Shown: in pieces, positions 13,622 through 25,450 of the stretch
Position numbering within the stretch: the first letter of the stretch is position 1
Layout: each line of letters opens with the position of its first letter
Assembly: GCA_002269645.1 (NCBI GenBank)
Contig: NIVC01001410.1
Location: forward strand, 186,001 to 250,000
From: Macrostomum lignano
Lineage: Eukaryota
DNA: 64,000 nucleotides
Direction: 5' to 3'
Notes under the pieces: generated by a model
Told to the model about the DNA's origin: nothing
The model's database searches: none
Seen by the model: the letters and a program-made list of their open reading frames with translations, nothing else
Position numbers and translations under genes: made by a program

Positions 13622-14000
13622 GCTGGGCTGGCCGATGCCGGAGAGCTCCGCGCCGCACTCTGTAACCATAGAAACTGTTGCGGTGTGTTCTTCTGATCGA
13701 CTATATATAGATAATGAACTATACTTATGCTTGGGCTTATATCAAGTTATTCAAGTCTTTGTTGCGTTTTTTGTCGGTTTGGTTAGCGACTGCAAATTCT
13801 CAGAATTGTCCTGTCTGGTTTATTTATTGAACTGTAATTCTCTGTGTCAGCCGCAGGTCTGGCAGATCTATGAGCTAGTACCGGATTAGCCTATCCTATA
13901 CTGATTCATTTTTTCATCATTCATTTTTGCTCTATTGGTTGCCGAAATTATTTATGATTGAACTCGACCTGTCTCTGTGCAACCGTGCAAATCGCTGCAT

Positions 14001-14006
14001 AATAAA
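14001..14006 (+). promoter_or_regulatory. Candidate polyadenylation signal AATAAA for VPS35
   Basis: First AATAAA seen downstream of the stop, about 380 nt after it. Confidence 0.55.
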
Positions 14007-14125
14007 TCTTGTTTCAGTTCATGTAAATGAGTAGCACCACCCGTATTGGAACCGCTGAGATTTGAAATTCTGTCACCGGTGCAGAGCTTCAGCCCGAAAC
14101 CTGATTTCAGCCCTGTTGGATCACC

Positions 14126-14192
<67 letters not shown>

Positions 14193-14205
14193 TTGTCTGT
14201 TTGTT

Positions 14206-14238
<33 letters not shown>

Positions 14239-14266
14239 ATCTATCTGTCTGTCTGTCTGTCTGTCG

Positions 14267-14300
<34 letters not shown>
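14126..14300. repeat. (TGTC)n tetranucleotide microsatellite
   Basis: Direct reading. Confidence 0.95.
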
Positions 14301-14301
<1 letters not shown>

Positions 14302-15825
14302 GGAATATTCTAGCGCGAAATTTTTTAAAGAAAATGTCAGTCAGTTATTAGTCTGTCGTCAGGCCCTTATAATTTAATGTGTTGTGGTTGAGTAACAATA
14401 ATAATTATAATAATTAATGGTACTGACACAATATGCTCTCGCTCCAGTGTCTAATTTAATCCAGATAAATTTAATTCGCTTTACTTCGTTGTTAAATTGC
14501 TCATCGATTTCCCTCACTAATGTGACTACTACTAGCTAAAGGTATATTATTGATAATTAGTTCTAACGCAGCGTGTTGATCCATCATCCAATGAAAAGCT
14601 CTATTTTTCTTTAAAAACAACAGTTTAAACAAATTTGAATTTTGACTCTTACTAATTCTGCACAGATGTTGTACTCAATAATGCAAGATTAAACAATATT
14701 TACGGAAAGCAATGTCGGTCAATTTTTGTTTTCAATAATCTAGCGATTGCTGTTTATTATTTGTTATAATATTCAATCTACCAACAAGGCATGCCGATTT
14801 TGTTCAGTTCTTATTCTATTGCTTGTTATTGACGGTTAAATATGTTGTCTCTCGCACCTCTATATGAAATATAAAGTTGACTATTATAGACTAAGTTTGA
14901 TTGCTGCCTGATTCATTTTGCTGATTGTCCCGCATAGAATATTTTATATTGCCAAATTTAGTCTTTGTTTTATTTTGTTCCGCGATAGAAAATTCTCAAA
15001 ATGTAGAAGATCGTAGGTTTTATTTTACCCGACTTTAGCTTGAAGTTAAACTAAAAAACTAAACTTTTTACGTAGTAAGTAGACAGTAGTCCTGTTTAGC
15101 TAACAGATTTAGCTACTGGTAATACATTTATGGGCTATACATGTATATTAAATTTCACAAGATTATATACAGTAATTGTAAGAATAATAAAGAGTAAATA
15201 ATAGAACATTGTGTGATAAAAAATATTCGTATACCGCTATTTTAAATTTGAAATTTGACATTTTAATATTAAACAGGAAAAAACATTTGTTGTTTTCTTA
15301 AAGCTATTTTTGATGACACGCATTTCAGCTCCAACGCTAAAGTCGTTAGATTAAAGTCTTCTGTCTAAGGCAGACAGGCAGACAGACAGGCACTAAGACA
15401 GACATACCACAGAATATACTGTGTAATATATTCTGTGCAGACTTACACTGGGACAGACGGACAGACAATCAGACAGGCTCTAAGACACAGGCAGATAGAC
15501 AGAGACCGAACTTTAGTACCGTAAGTACTAATACTGGTAAGTACTAGTAATTATACGAGCATATTAGATAATGCTCGTATAATTAGATAGATACAGCGCC
15601 TCATCTGAAATACCCTCGGAAACATTAAAAAGTTTCGCACTTGTATGTACATGTACCACAGGAGGGCCATAGCTGGAGGCTGGCCCTTAATGGCACCTAG
15701 CTAGGGTACCCCTAAGGAATCTAGTGACAACCCCCTAGGTAACCCCTAGCTAGCCACTAATTGTAGCCCCTAGGGGCCCCCTAGGCAATTTTCAAGTGGG
15801 AAGGATCAAAAGCCACTGCAGATAA

Positions 15826-16370
15826 ATGAATGTGCTGCATTACTTCGAGTTCTTCAGCTGCTAAAACTGGGCTGCCAAAAAAGCGGCAGTGCTACGAATT
15901 TTATGAGATCTACAAGGAATTGTTCCGCAGCATGAACTTAACGTGTCTTTGTACCGCTTCGACAGCCAGGACGTGCTGCTGCCACTCATGCGGCTCTCTA
16001 AGAACGAGGAGAACTGGACTTACCGAGTAGCAGCCGGCAGGGCTTGGATCCGCAGCAGTCGGTGGTGGCGGCAGCCACGGTGCGCAACGGCATGGCCGGC
16101 CTACCGAGAACCATGCGTTACGTTCAGCACCTCAGAGCTCTGTTCAATGAGTCCTGGGTGGTGATGGTGAAAAACGAATCGACGGACTTGACCCGCAGCT
16201 TCCTGTACCACATGACGCTGACCGATTCCAACATGTGGCTGCTGGGCTGCGGCTGGATCAACTCTCCGCTGCCGTGCAGGACCAACTACCGACACAGCAC
16301 CGGGCGCGAGCACTGGCCCGGTCCGTACCACTACCGCAGCTTCGCGGAGGAGTTTGGTTGGTTGGTAGCT
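15826..16370 (+). pseudogene. Unidentified coding-like fragment interrupted by about 3 frameshifts (pseudogene or consensus indel errors)
   Basis: GC-rich island. Protein-like segments continue across three frames: MNVLHYFEFFS / KTGLPKKRQCYEFYEIYKELFRSMN / VSLYRFDSQDVLLPLMRLSKNEENWTYR / DPQQSVVAAATVRNG...HWPGPYHYRSFAEEF. Preceded by CTGCAG at 15816-15821. Family not recognised. Confidence 0.45.
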
Positions 16371-19300
16371 AGTTGGTTGGTAGCTAGGCGAAGCTTCCGC
16401 TTTCCCACTGCCTGTAGCTTATTTCCTCAATGCGGATGCTCACCTTCTACGTGAAACTTCGGTACAGTATGGAACTGTAACTGTAGCACCGATTTGAAAC
16501 GGCCTCAGGAAACAAAAGAGCAAAACCAAAACTCTGTTTCAACCTCCTCAGTTGCTTAATTGCACCACGGAATTACAAACTTCTCTTTTGACAACTAATT
16601 CTGTTATAAAAGTTAAGCAGTGTGCACAGTTCCTCTTCTTGAGTCTCTAATAAGATTTGCATAGAACAGTAGTTAATGAAGTCCCATTATCCAGCATTAA
16701 CTTTGTTTTAATTACCATGTATTTCTAAGGAATTTGGCAGAAAGTTTAAGTTCAGAAAAATTTACTGCCCGATGATGGCCGGTCTGGTCTGGTCTGGCCC
16801 GTTAGCGTTAACGTCCCGCCTGTGGTCTGATTAGTCTGGAGCTGAGTGCGATTTTCATCCATGTCACAACTCGCAGGTTGTGTAAAATGTTTGCGTCATC
16901 TTGATGCATACTGTCTAGCCTATAAACAAATGAAGACGTGAAGTCAGCTTTTCGAATTTAACCTAGGCCTATTTGTCATATAGCAGATTGCAGAATAACC
17001 ATACCGCTAATTTGTCCAGTCACTGCACAAATAAAAACTGCCTTGTCATATTAATGCCACCTGAATCATGTGTAAAGAGTAGATCTAGTCATCTATTAAT
17101 ATGGAGTTATATATAGGCCTATATTCCCTTTAAGTAACAAAAGTCATACATAGGCCTAACATGTAGCCTGTTTACACTGTACATGGTCCATCGTCCATGG
17201 ATGATGGATATTGAGACTTATACTATTGTTAGGCTTAGGTAGGGACTCCAGTGAGATTTTGAGAACTATTTTTTTGATAATTTTAATTTTTCATTATTAT
17301 CCATTTGATTAATCTCATTTGCCTTAAAAATGCTTTAATTTTGAAAAAAAAATTGGTGAATACTCAAGACGAGTCAAGAGTCAAGCAAACTATTCAAATT
17401 CAAATATAAGTTTTGACAGTATTTTGTCAAATGGAAAATTATAGATTTTTGCATTTTTTTCAAAAAGTTGTAGTACGGTGTGAACAAACTTTTTTAATAG
17501 TAATAGTTCCAATACATGGCACAAGCAAACTTTTTTTGATAGGATTCATTCTGGTGCAGGTGTGCCATGATCCTGACTATGGATCCATAGTTAAAAAGAT
17601 AGCCTTTTTCATGGAAAATTCTATCTTAAAAGTGGGTTAGATATGTACTACACTAGCGTATTCCAGTGCAGCAGCAGGCAAGGAAGGAAATCTGGCTTAG
17701 TACCTATGGCACAAGACAAAAAACTGGCACAATTATTTGTAAGACAATATTTTATAAATAGAAAATTAGTATTTAGGTCATTCAATGAGATGGTCCTATC
17801 ATGTTTTTGAACTTTAAGCACTTGTAAAAAACAACTATCAGAAAAATTTATGCTTTGCTATGGGTTTAGTTTTAGAATTCATACAACATAAATAGCTATA
17901 TGAATAGAGTTAGAAGTTTGACATATTGTTTTTTGCATCTTTGTTCTATCTATAGTCTAGATCATGCTAGGTGCACACCTGAACAAAAATTAAATAATTA
18001 CAAATGCATGCCAAAAAATTGATTGCATACCCATTCTTAAAACTATGCCGGTGTTGCAACAATAAATGATATTTTCAACATTGTGACAATGAATAACCTT
18101 TTTGAATTGTGTAATGGACATTTTTTGGCAAATAATTTAGTTCATTTTTATGATTTTTGGCAATATTATTTATATTGAAAAATTGACTCATGCAAAGATT
18201 TGTTTAAATGTTTTAATACAAGCTTTAAAAACCCCAAAAGCTTGAAATTTATGCTTAAAAATGAACTTTTCTAATATTTTTTCTATTTCATAATAACTCT
18301 TCTGCATGATTCTTTAAAGTGCACACCAGGTGTGCATACACAATTTTTCTTAGGAGTGATACATGCCAACTGCATGCCTACTTTTGGCATACAAGGCCAA
18401 TGTATGCCCGGTGTATACTTTATAATCTAGAGTGTAGTGTTCTATCAATTAGGCCTATAGTTCAAAAGTTATAAGTGCTTAAAGTTCAAAACATGATGGG
18501 ACCCTCTCATGGAATGACCCAATTTCTTTTTATTAGCACTTTTTTGTTTGCCAGTGTATTAGTAGCTTTTTTAATTAAAATATATTAACATTGCATTTTC
18601 CATGAAACAGATTCAAACATAAGTTTTAATGGTATTTTTAAAATAGAAAATATTGCTTATTGTATTTTTGTTTTTCTTTTACAAAAATTCTGGCACACAG
18701 TGCAAGCAGATTCATTAAATAGGAATAGTTCCAATGAATAGCATGCATAATCAAACTATTTATCCGGCACAGGTATGCCATGATCCTGATTATAGACCCT
18801 ATAGGAAAAAGTTGTAAAACCCCAGATGGTGTCCGGCGCACTTTTGAAATTTTTCTAAAGCATAGAGCACGCACAGGTGCATTGCCTGCGTACGCGCTGC
18901 GCTTTCTTACTGGCTGCTGCTCTAGCAAATACATATACATGGAAATGGGTATAATACCTCTGTTGAAGGGGCTTATACACGCATAATTTATTACAAAATT
19001 TTGTTACAAAATTTGAAATATTTTAGAGCGAATTTCAATAACAACAAAAATTTAGAAGTGAAAATTTTGCTAGTGTCTAAAAAGTTGCTAAAAATAAAAC
19101 TACTTTCTACTACATATACATCTATTACTTTTTGCTTAAGCAGTAAATTGAAAGTAAAAAAGTGAGTGTTGATCATACTAAACTTTGTTTTTCTGAATTA
19201 TGATTTCAGGAAATTTCAATTTTGATTTTGGAAAGTTAGCGAATTTTGATTTCGACAAAACTGCAGATCTTTCGGAACATCTCTAATAATCCTAAAGCGC

Positions 19301-20889
19301 GGTAAAATAGTTTGACTCTTTTTTTAAGTGCACGTCCGCAGGTTTTCAACATTTATTCTAATAGGGACTATGGATAGTAATCAATAGCAATATACCATTA
19401 TAATTATGCTTATTATTGGTAGTTATAATCAACTATAGATAGTCACAGTTATTATTAAAGAATTGAGGGATATCACACAGTCATTTGACTTCTCTTTATA
19501 TCTTAGGAGCCAGAATAGCCAACAATAATTTAGAGGTTAAAAGCTACCTCTTTTTGAAAAATTTAGAGCTGTGCCTGTGGCCACTTTAGTGTGTGGCCAT
19601 CTTAGACATTCACCATTACTAAACTTTGCTCTTTTGGAATCAAGAGAAATCCTTACTTTTTATATATAAAAAACTAAACTTTTAGGCCTAGCTAAATATT
19701 TTTTAATTTTTTCTCTAATTGCTTTACTTAGGTTAGGATTAATAGTTGAAGTTGAATTTTCATTTTTAATAGACCTAGAAGTAGATTCATTATCATTAAT
19801 TACTTCTAATTGATTATTGCTATTTAGTTGACCTCCATAGACCATGGTCTTGATGATGCTCTTCACTAGGCAAACAAGTGGTAGCAACATTTATTTGTTC
19901 AACATGTTTCTTATGGACTCTTCTTGTATGAGCCTTTAAGACTTCAATAGAATTGCAGGAATGAAAACATAGTTGTACAAGTCTTTTAATACAATTAATT
20001 AATTTAATACAAAATGAATGGTATGACTTAAAATGGGATAAACTTTAATAATATAATATTCCTTGAAGAAAATAGGCAAAAATGACAAAATTGGCATGCA
20101 ACCACCATAATATCCACTTTGTCCTTAATGTTCACTAAAACATTTGGAGCCTGAGTGGACCTCTAATCTACAGTGAAGACTTGATATAAAAAAGTTCATA
20201 GCCTAGCATAGATTTTCTTTGTATATGGAGCTTTTATCCATTGTAATTTTAAGATCAGGGACTGCTTGTTCACTCCTCATCTAGAGCTTTGATGTTGCCT
20301 TACAATATATTGTGGGCAAGCACTTCAAACTGTTGATCTGAATTCTCTGTTTTGTAGATCTGCAGAGCTTCCAAGCTAGAGAGTCTCCAGCACCAGCAGC
20401 CTCAGCAGCTCTCTCCTCTTAGCTTCTCTAAAAAAACTCAGCCTGTAGCAATACTGCAGCTCCAATGCAATGGCTTGGTTTTCCATTTAACTTAGCCTGA
20501 ATATCACTCTAACATGTTTAAACTAGTTCCATCCTTGCGGATCCTTGCAGTCATTAGGAGCTTGCCAATTTGTCATAATCCTGATTGAACCTGACTAGAG
20601 TGGAGGATGTCATCAGCATGCCAATGAGAGGTTTTGAGAACACAGGCAACTTTCCCCAGTTGAGCACATGTGTATGATAATTCTATATAATAAATGTACA
20701 CTTGTATGCCTATTGACACTTTATGTGTATATGAACTGATAGAGGTCCACCCACATAGCTAATGACTTGCCTTCTATTGCTCCCCCACTAGAAGAGTTGA
20801 ACAATTTGACAAACCCATGATGGGTGTACATTGAATGCAGCAGGCATTCAAATCTTTTGTCGGTCATCCTAGAGACCTCTGCCTTGCAG

Positions 20890-23819
20890 ATGATGAAAAC
20901 AGGCTGTCGCGAACGCGCCACGCGCCGTGGCGCAGGCGCCAGCAACGGCGGCGTCAATAGCGGCGCCGATAGCGGCGCCGGTAGCGGCGCCACGCGCCTA
21001 ACCAAAGCGGCGCTACTGCTGCACTTCGACGACCTGGTGCGCTCGGCCTCGGTGCTGCGCAACAACTCGGCAAGCGCTGAGCGCGCCCTGGCCAGGGTGG
21101 CCGCTGAGGCGCGGGAGAGCGCGCGCCTAGCCGAGGAGCGCGCCGAATCGTTGCGCCGCGAATTGGAGGAGGCTCGCATGGAGCAGCGCCGCTCGCAGGC
21201 GCAGCTGATGCAGGCGCGCGCCGATTTAGAAGAGGAACAGCAGCGCCGGCGCCGCTGCGAGGCCGGGGCGCGCGAGCTGCAAGCCAGACTGCGTGGCTTG
21301 GTAGGGCTAGGAGTTTACTGATTTAATCCTCAGATTAATGCTCAATCCATTCGAATTACCCCCGTGACTCCTGGACTATGAGATTTCCCCTGGGGATCCC
21401 GTGGGAATCCCGTGGGATTTCCCCTGTAAATTCTGTGGGATTTCCCCTGGGAATTCTGTGGGATTTCCCCTGGGAATTCTGTGGGATTTCCCTGGGAATC
21501 ATGTGGAATTTCCCCTGGGAATCCTGCGGATTTCCCCTGGGAATCCTGTGGATTTCCCCTGGGAATCCTGTGGATTTCCCCTGGGAATCCTGTGGATTTC
21601 CCCTGGGAATCCTGTGGAATTTCCCCTGGGAATCCCGTGGATTTCCCCTGGGAATCCCGTGGATTTCCCCTGGCAATCCTGTGGGATTTCCCCTGGGAAT
21701 CCTGTAGGATTTCCTTTTGGAGTCGTGTAGAATTTCCTCTGTGATTTCCATGTCATTTAATACTCCATCGAACTTTTACTTCGAACCAAACTTTTCTCCA
21801 GTGCACCGACGCTTCTCAGCTCGGCGTCGCCGCATCCGGCGTTCTTGACGCCGCCTACATTGACGACATTGTCGGCTTCGGCGGCAACCGTGGCGTTGGC
21901 GGCGGCCGCAACGTCGTTGGCGCCAACGGCGGCATCGGCGAGGAGCACAGCTCAGGCGACCTGCTGGATCCCGACGACTTCGACTACGACAACACCGACG
22001 AGGAGGCAGCGGCCGCGGCCAATGTCGCCCCCTCCTACTCGCACCGACGGGGCAGCCCGCCAGCTCCCGTTTCGTCCGCCGCCGCCTTTACGGCAACGCC
22101 GACAACTTCGACAGCAGCTCCGTCGCGTTGGTCGCCGCCACCGCCAACCGTGCCGCAGCTGGTTGTCGACTGCGTCCGCGAGATCGAGCGGCGTGGCCTG
22201 CGGGAGGTCGGCCTGTATAGAGTGTCCGGCTCGCAGAAGCAGGTCCGCCAGCTGTGGGACGCCTACAGCCAGTCGCAGCAGCGTAAAGTGAGAATTCACC
22301 GCCTTTGCTTGCTTGATTTCCTCAGTTGGTTTCTGCTTTCTCATCCGCTTAACTGCCAACTCCATTGCCCCCCCCCAATGGCGAATTCCATGCCCCCCAA
22401 TGGCGAATTCCATGCCCCCCAATGGCGAACACCATGCCCCCCTAACGGCCACTCCATGCCCCCCCCCAATGACTAACACCATGCCCCCCCCCTAACGGCC
22501 ACTCCATGCCCCCCCCCAATTACGAACACTATGCCCCCCCTAACGGCCACTCCATGCCCCCAAGGGTTTCCATACTAAGCTAGTGCAAGCCGCTCCCACT
22601 CCGCCCCCAGGTGCCAGACTTATCCGGAGTCGAGGACGTCCACGTGCTGTGCGGCTTGCTGAAGATGTACCTGAGCAGCCTGCCGGAGCCACTGCTCACC
22701 TACCGGATGTGGCCAGACTTTGCCCGGGCGGCCGAGACCGCCAACAACGAGCTGGCCTCGGCCACTTTGCTCAGCCTGCCGCCCGCCAACCGGGACACCC
22801 TGGTTTACCTGTTGGCACACCTGTTGCGCGTGGCCGACAGTCCGGCCGTGCAGATGACTGAGTCCAATCTGTCCCGCACTTTGGCGCCCAGTCTGGTTGG
22901 CAACTCGTGCCACGATCCGGAGCCCATGATGGTGAGATCCAGTCTGTTCTAGTCTTTGTTGCTATCCTCCTGAGTCTTTGTTGCTATCCTCCTGAGTCTT
23001 TGTTGCTATCCTCCTGAGTCTTTGTTGCTATCCTCCTGAGTCTTTGTTGCTATCCTCCTGAGTCTTTGTTGCTATCCTCCTGAGTCTTTGTTGCTATCCT
23101 CCTGAGTCTTTGTTGCTATCCTCCCGAGTCTGTCGCTATCCTCCCGAGTCTGTGTCGCTATCCTCTTGAGTCTTTGTTGCTATCCTCTTGAGTGTGTCCT
23201 ATCCTCCTGAGTCTTTGTTGCTATCCTCTTGAGTGTGTCCTATCCTCCTGAGTCTGTGTCGCTATCCTCTTGAGTGTGTCCTATCCTCCTGAGTCTTTGT
23301 TGCTATCCTCCCGAGTCTGTGTCATATCCTTCCGAGTCTGTGTCTCTATCCTCTTGAGTCTTCGTTGCTATCCTCTTGAGTGTGTCCTATCCTCCTGAGT
23401 CTGTGTTTCTATCCTCCTGAGTCTTCGTTGCTATCCTCTTGAGTCTGTCCTATCCTCCTGAGTCTGTGCCACCATTGGCATCCCTCTTTCCTCATCCCGA
23501 ACCGCCGTAGACCATCAACGAGACGGCCGTCCAGCAGTCGATTCTGCGGCAGCTGCTCTGTCTGCCTAGCAACTACTACGCCGACCTGTTGGCCTCCGCA
23601 TCCTCTGGCGACGGCTCGCTGCTGGGCGGCGGCGGGCAGCCAGACGGCGGCGGGCAGCAGCAGAGCAGCTACATCGCCTCCAAGACGCCGCTGCTCCGGC
23701 CGAGGTTCAAAGCTGCACCAGTTGGCGACCTGAGGGACCCGAATTTCAAGGAGAAAGTCAACCTGATGCGGGAGACCTACCGGGCCACCAGGAAGCTGTT
23801 CTTCCCGCATCCCAAGTGA
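20890..23819 (+). CDS. RACGAP1: RACGAP1/CYK-4/Tumbleweed-like RhoGAP, join(20890..21300,21802..22287,22611..22931,23511..23819), about 508 aa
   Basis: N-terminal coiled coil (FDDLVRSASVL...EEEQQRRRRCE) and DFDYDNTDEE resemble RACGAP1. RhoGAP domain PQLVVDCVREIERRGLREVGLYRVSG (Arg finger present), DVHVLCGLLKMYL...LPEPLLT, LPPANRDTLVYLLAHL. All introns are phase-0 GT-AG. Orthology is inferred from recalled sequence. Confidence 0.85.
21375..21715. repeat. About 22-bp quasi-palindromic minisatellite (GGGAATCCTGTGGATTTCCCCT), RhoGAP intron 1
   Basis: Direct reading. Confidence 0.92.
22365..22560. repeat. Degenerate C-rich repeat (CCCCAATGGCGAATTCCATGCCC / CCTAACGGCCACTCCATGCCCC), RhoGAP intron 2
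   Basis: Direct reading. Confidence 0.85.
22950..23465. repeat. About 22-bp minisatellite (GAGTCTTTGTTGCTATCCTCCT), RhoGAP intron 3
   Basis: Direct reading. Confidence 0.93.
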
Positions 23820-24009
23820 CACCTGACTTGCTCTTTTATAATCAACTCGACTGTCTCAGCTGTCAGTACTTTCTGCTTGTGTGCTTAGTTTAGCTTTTTA
23901 TATCCCGTGTACTTATTATTTATTATATCTCATTTTTTTGTTAATCTGCGTATTCCTTAGTAGGTAAAATTTTCAAAATGCGAGCAATTGTTATTGTGTA
24001 ATTATTGTA

Positions 24010-24563
24010 GGGCCTGGATTTATGGGCACTGGCCTGGATTTATGGCCACTGGCCTGGATTTATGGCTACTGGCCTGGATTTATGGCCACTGGCCTGGATT
24101 TATGGCCACTGGCCTGGATTTATGGCCACTGGCCTGGATTTATGGCCACTGGCCTGGATTTATGGCCACTGGCCTGGATTTATGGCTACTTGCCTGGATT
24201 TATGGCCACTGGCCTGGATTTATGGGCGCTGGCCTTGATTTATGACCACTGGCCTGGATTTATGACCACTGGCCTGGATTTATGGCCACTGGCCTGGATT
24301 TATGACCACTGGCCTGGATTTATGGCCACTGGCCTGGGTTTATGGCCACTGGCCTGGATTTATGGCCACTGGCCTGGGTTTATGGCCACTGGCCTGGGTT
24401 TATGGCCACTGGCCTGGGTTTATGGCCACTGGCCTGGATTTATGACCACTGGCCTGGGTTTATGACCACTGGCCTGGATTTATGGCCACTGGCCTGGATT
24501 TATGACCACTGGCCTGGGTTTATGGCCACTGGCCTGGGTTTATGGCCACTGGCCTGGATTTAT
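24010..24563. repeat. 20-bp minisatellite (GGCCACTGGCCTGGATTTAT), about 28 copies, downstream of the RhoGAP stop
   Basis: Direct reading; lies before the AATAAA at 24651. Confidence 0.95.
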
Positions 24564-25162
24564 GAGTATGGGTACAGGGGTTGCAAGGCCTAAGTTTATT
24601 CGGGATGGTGTCCGTATTTAACATGGCATTGTATTTCACTGTATATTTATAATAAAATTTTATTTTTTAAACCTTAATTACTTCTGAACATTGCAGCATC
24701 CGCACAGTCGGTCTGCTTTTCGCATTTTTAATATTTTAATTAATTAACTGCTTTCATTTATAACAAAACATTTGAATTTTAGTCCGCTCAAGCTCTCTAC
24801 ACTCGGCATTTGTCTGTCTTTAAAGTCGCTGTTGTTTTTGCTCGCAATTAATGACTTCAATAAATTATAAATTGTATAATTAATTGCTAACAATAAAGCA
24901 ATCTGGGTCACTACTCAATGCTTGGTTTGCTGTCTCGGACTTATTATAACTTGCTTGACTTGCCTGTCTCTCGGTGTTTCTTTCTTTTATAAATAACCCA
25001 CTTTCTGGGTAAATTCGTTTAGAAAAAAATAAGCTGACAAAGCTTACAGTCTACTGACAGTAGCTGCGTAGTTGTTTAGCGGTCAAAATATTTTCTACTC
25101 TGTATTGGGTTATTGGGGTTATTTATTATTGACATCGCTTCATATTAAACAATTTTATTATT

Positions 25163-25450
25163 CGGGATCAGCTGAGAAGGGGAAGCAGCTCCCACAGCGG
25201 GATCAGCTGAGAAGGGGAAGCAGCTCCCACAGCGGGATCAGCTGAGAAGGGGAAGCAGCTCCCACAGCGGGATCAGCTGAGAAGGGGAAGCAGCTCCCAC
25301 AGCGGGATCAGCTGAGAAGGGGAAGCAGCTCCCACAGCGGGATCAGCTGAGAAGGGGAAGCAGCTCCCACAGCGGGATCAGCTGAGAAGGGGAAGCAGCT
25401 CCCACAGCGGGATCAGCTGAGAAGGGGAAGCAGCTCCCACAGCGGGATCA
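25163..25450. repeat. 35-bp perfect tandem repeat (CGGGATCAGCTGAGAAGGGGAAGCAGCTCCCACAG), 8.2 copies
   Basis: Direct reading; units appear identical. Confidence 0.97.

Noticed and set aside
15695-15785. Cluster of CCTAGG/CTAG palindromic motifs
   Set aside because: Too short and degenerate; no partner end found to define an element.
17187-17208. 22-nt near-perfect palindrome TCCATCGTCCATGGATGATGGA
   Set aside because: Isolated; plausible by chance or as a transposon remnant, with no supporting context.
17540-18820. Related motif CAGGT(G/A)TGCCATGATCCTGA at about 17557 and about 18770
   Set aside because: Probably decayed copies of a dispersed repeat; boundaries cannot be defined by eye.
25163-25450. 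35-bp repeat resembling a CRISPR repeat length
   Set aside because: Units are head-to-tail with no spacers, no cas genes, and the context is eukaryotic.
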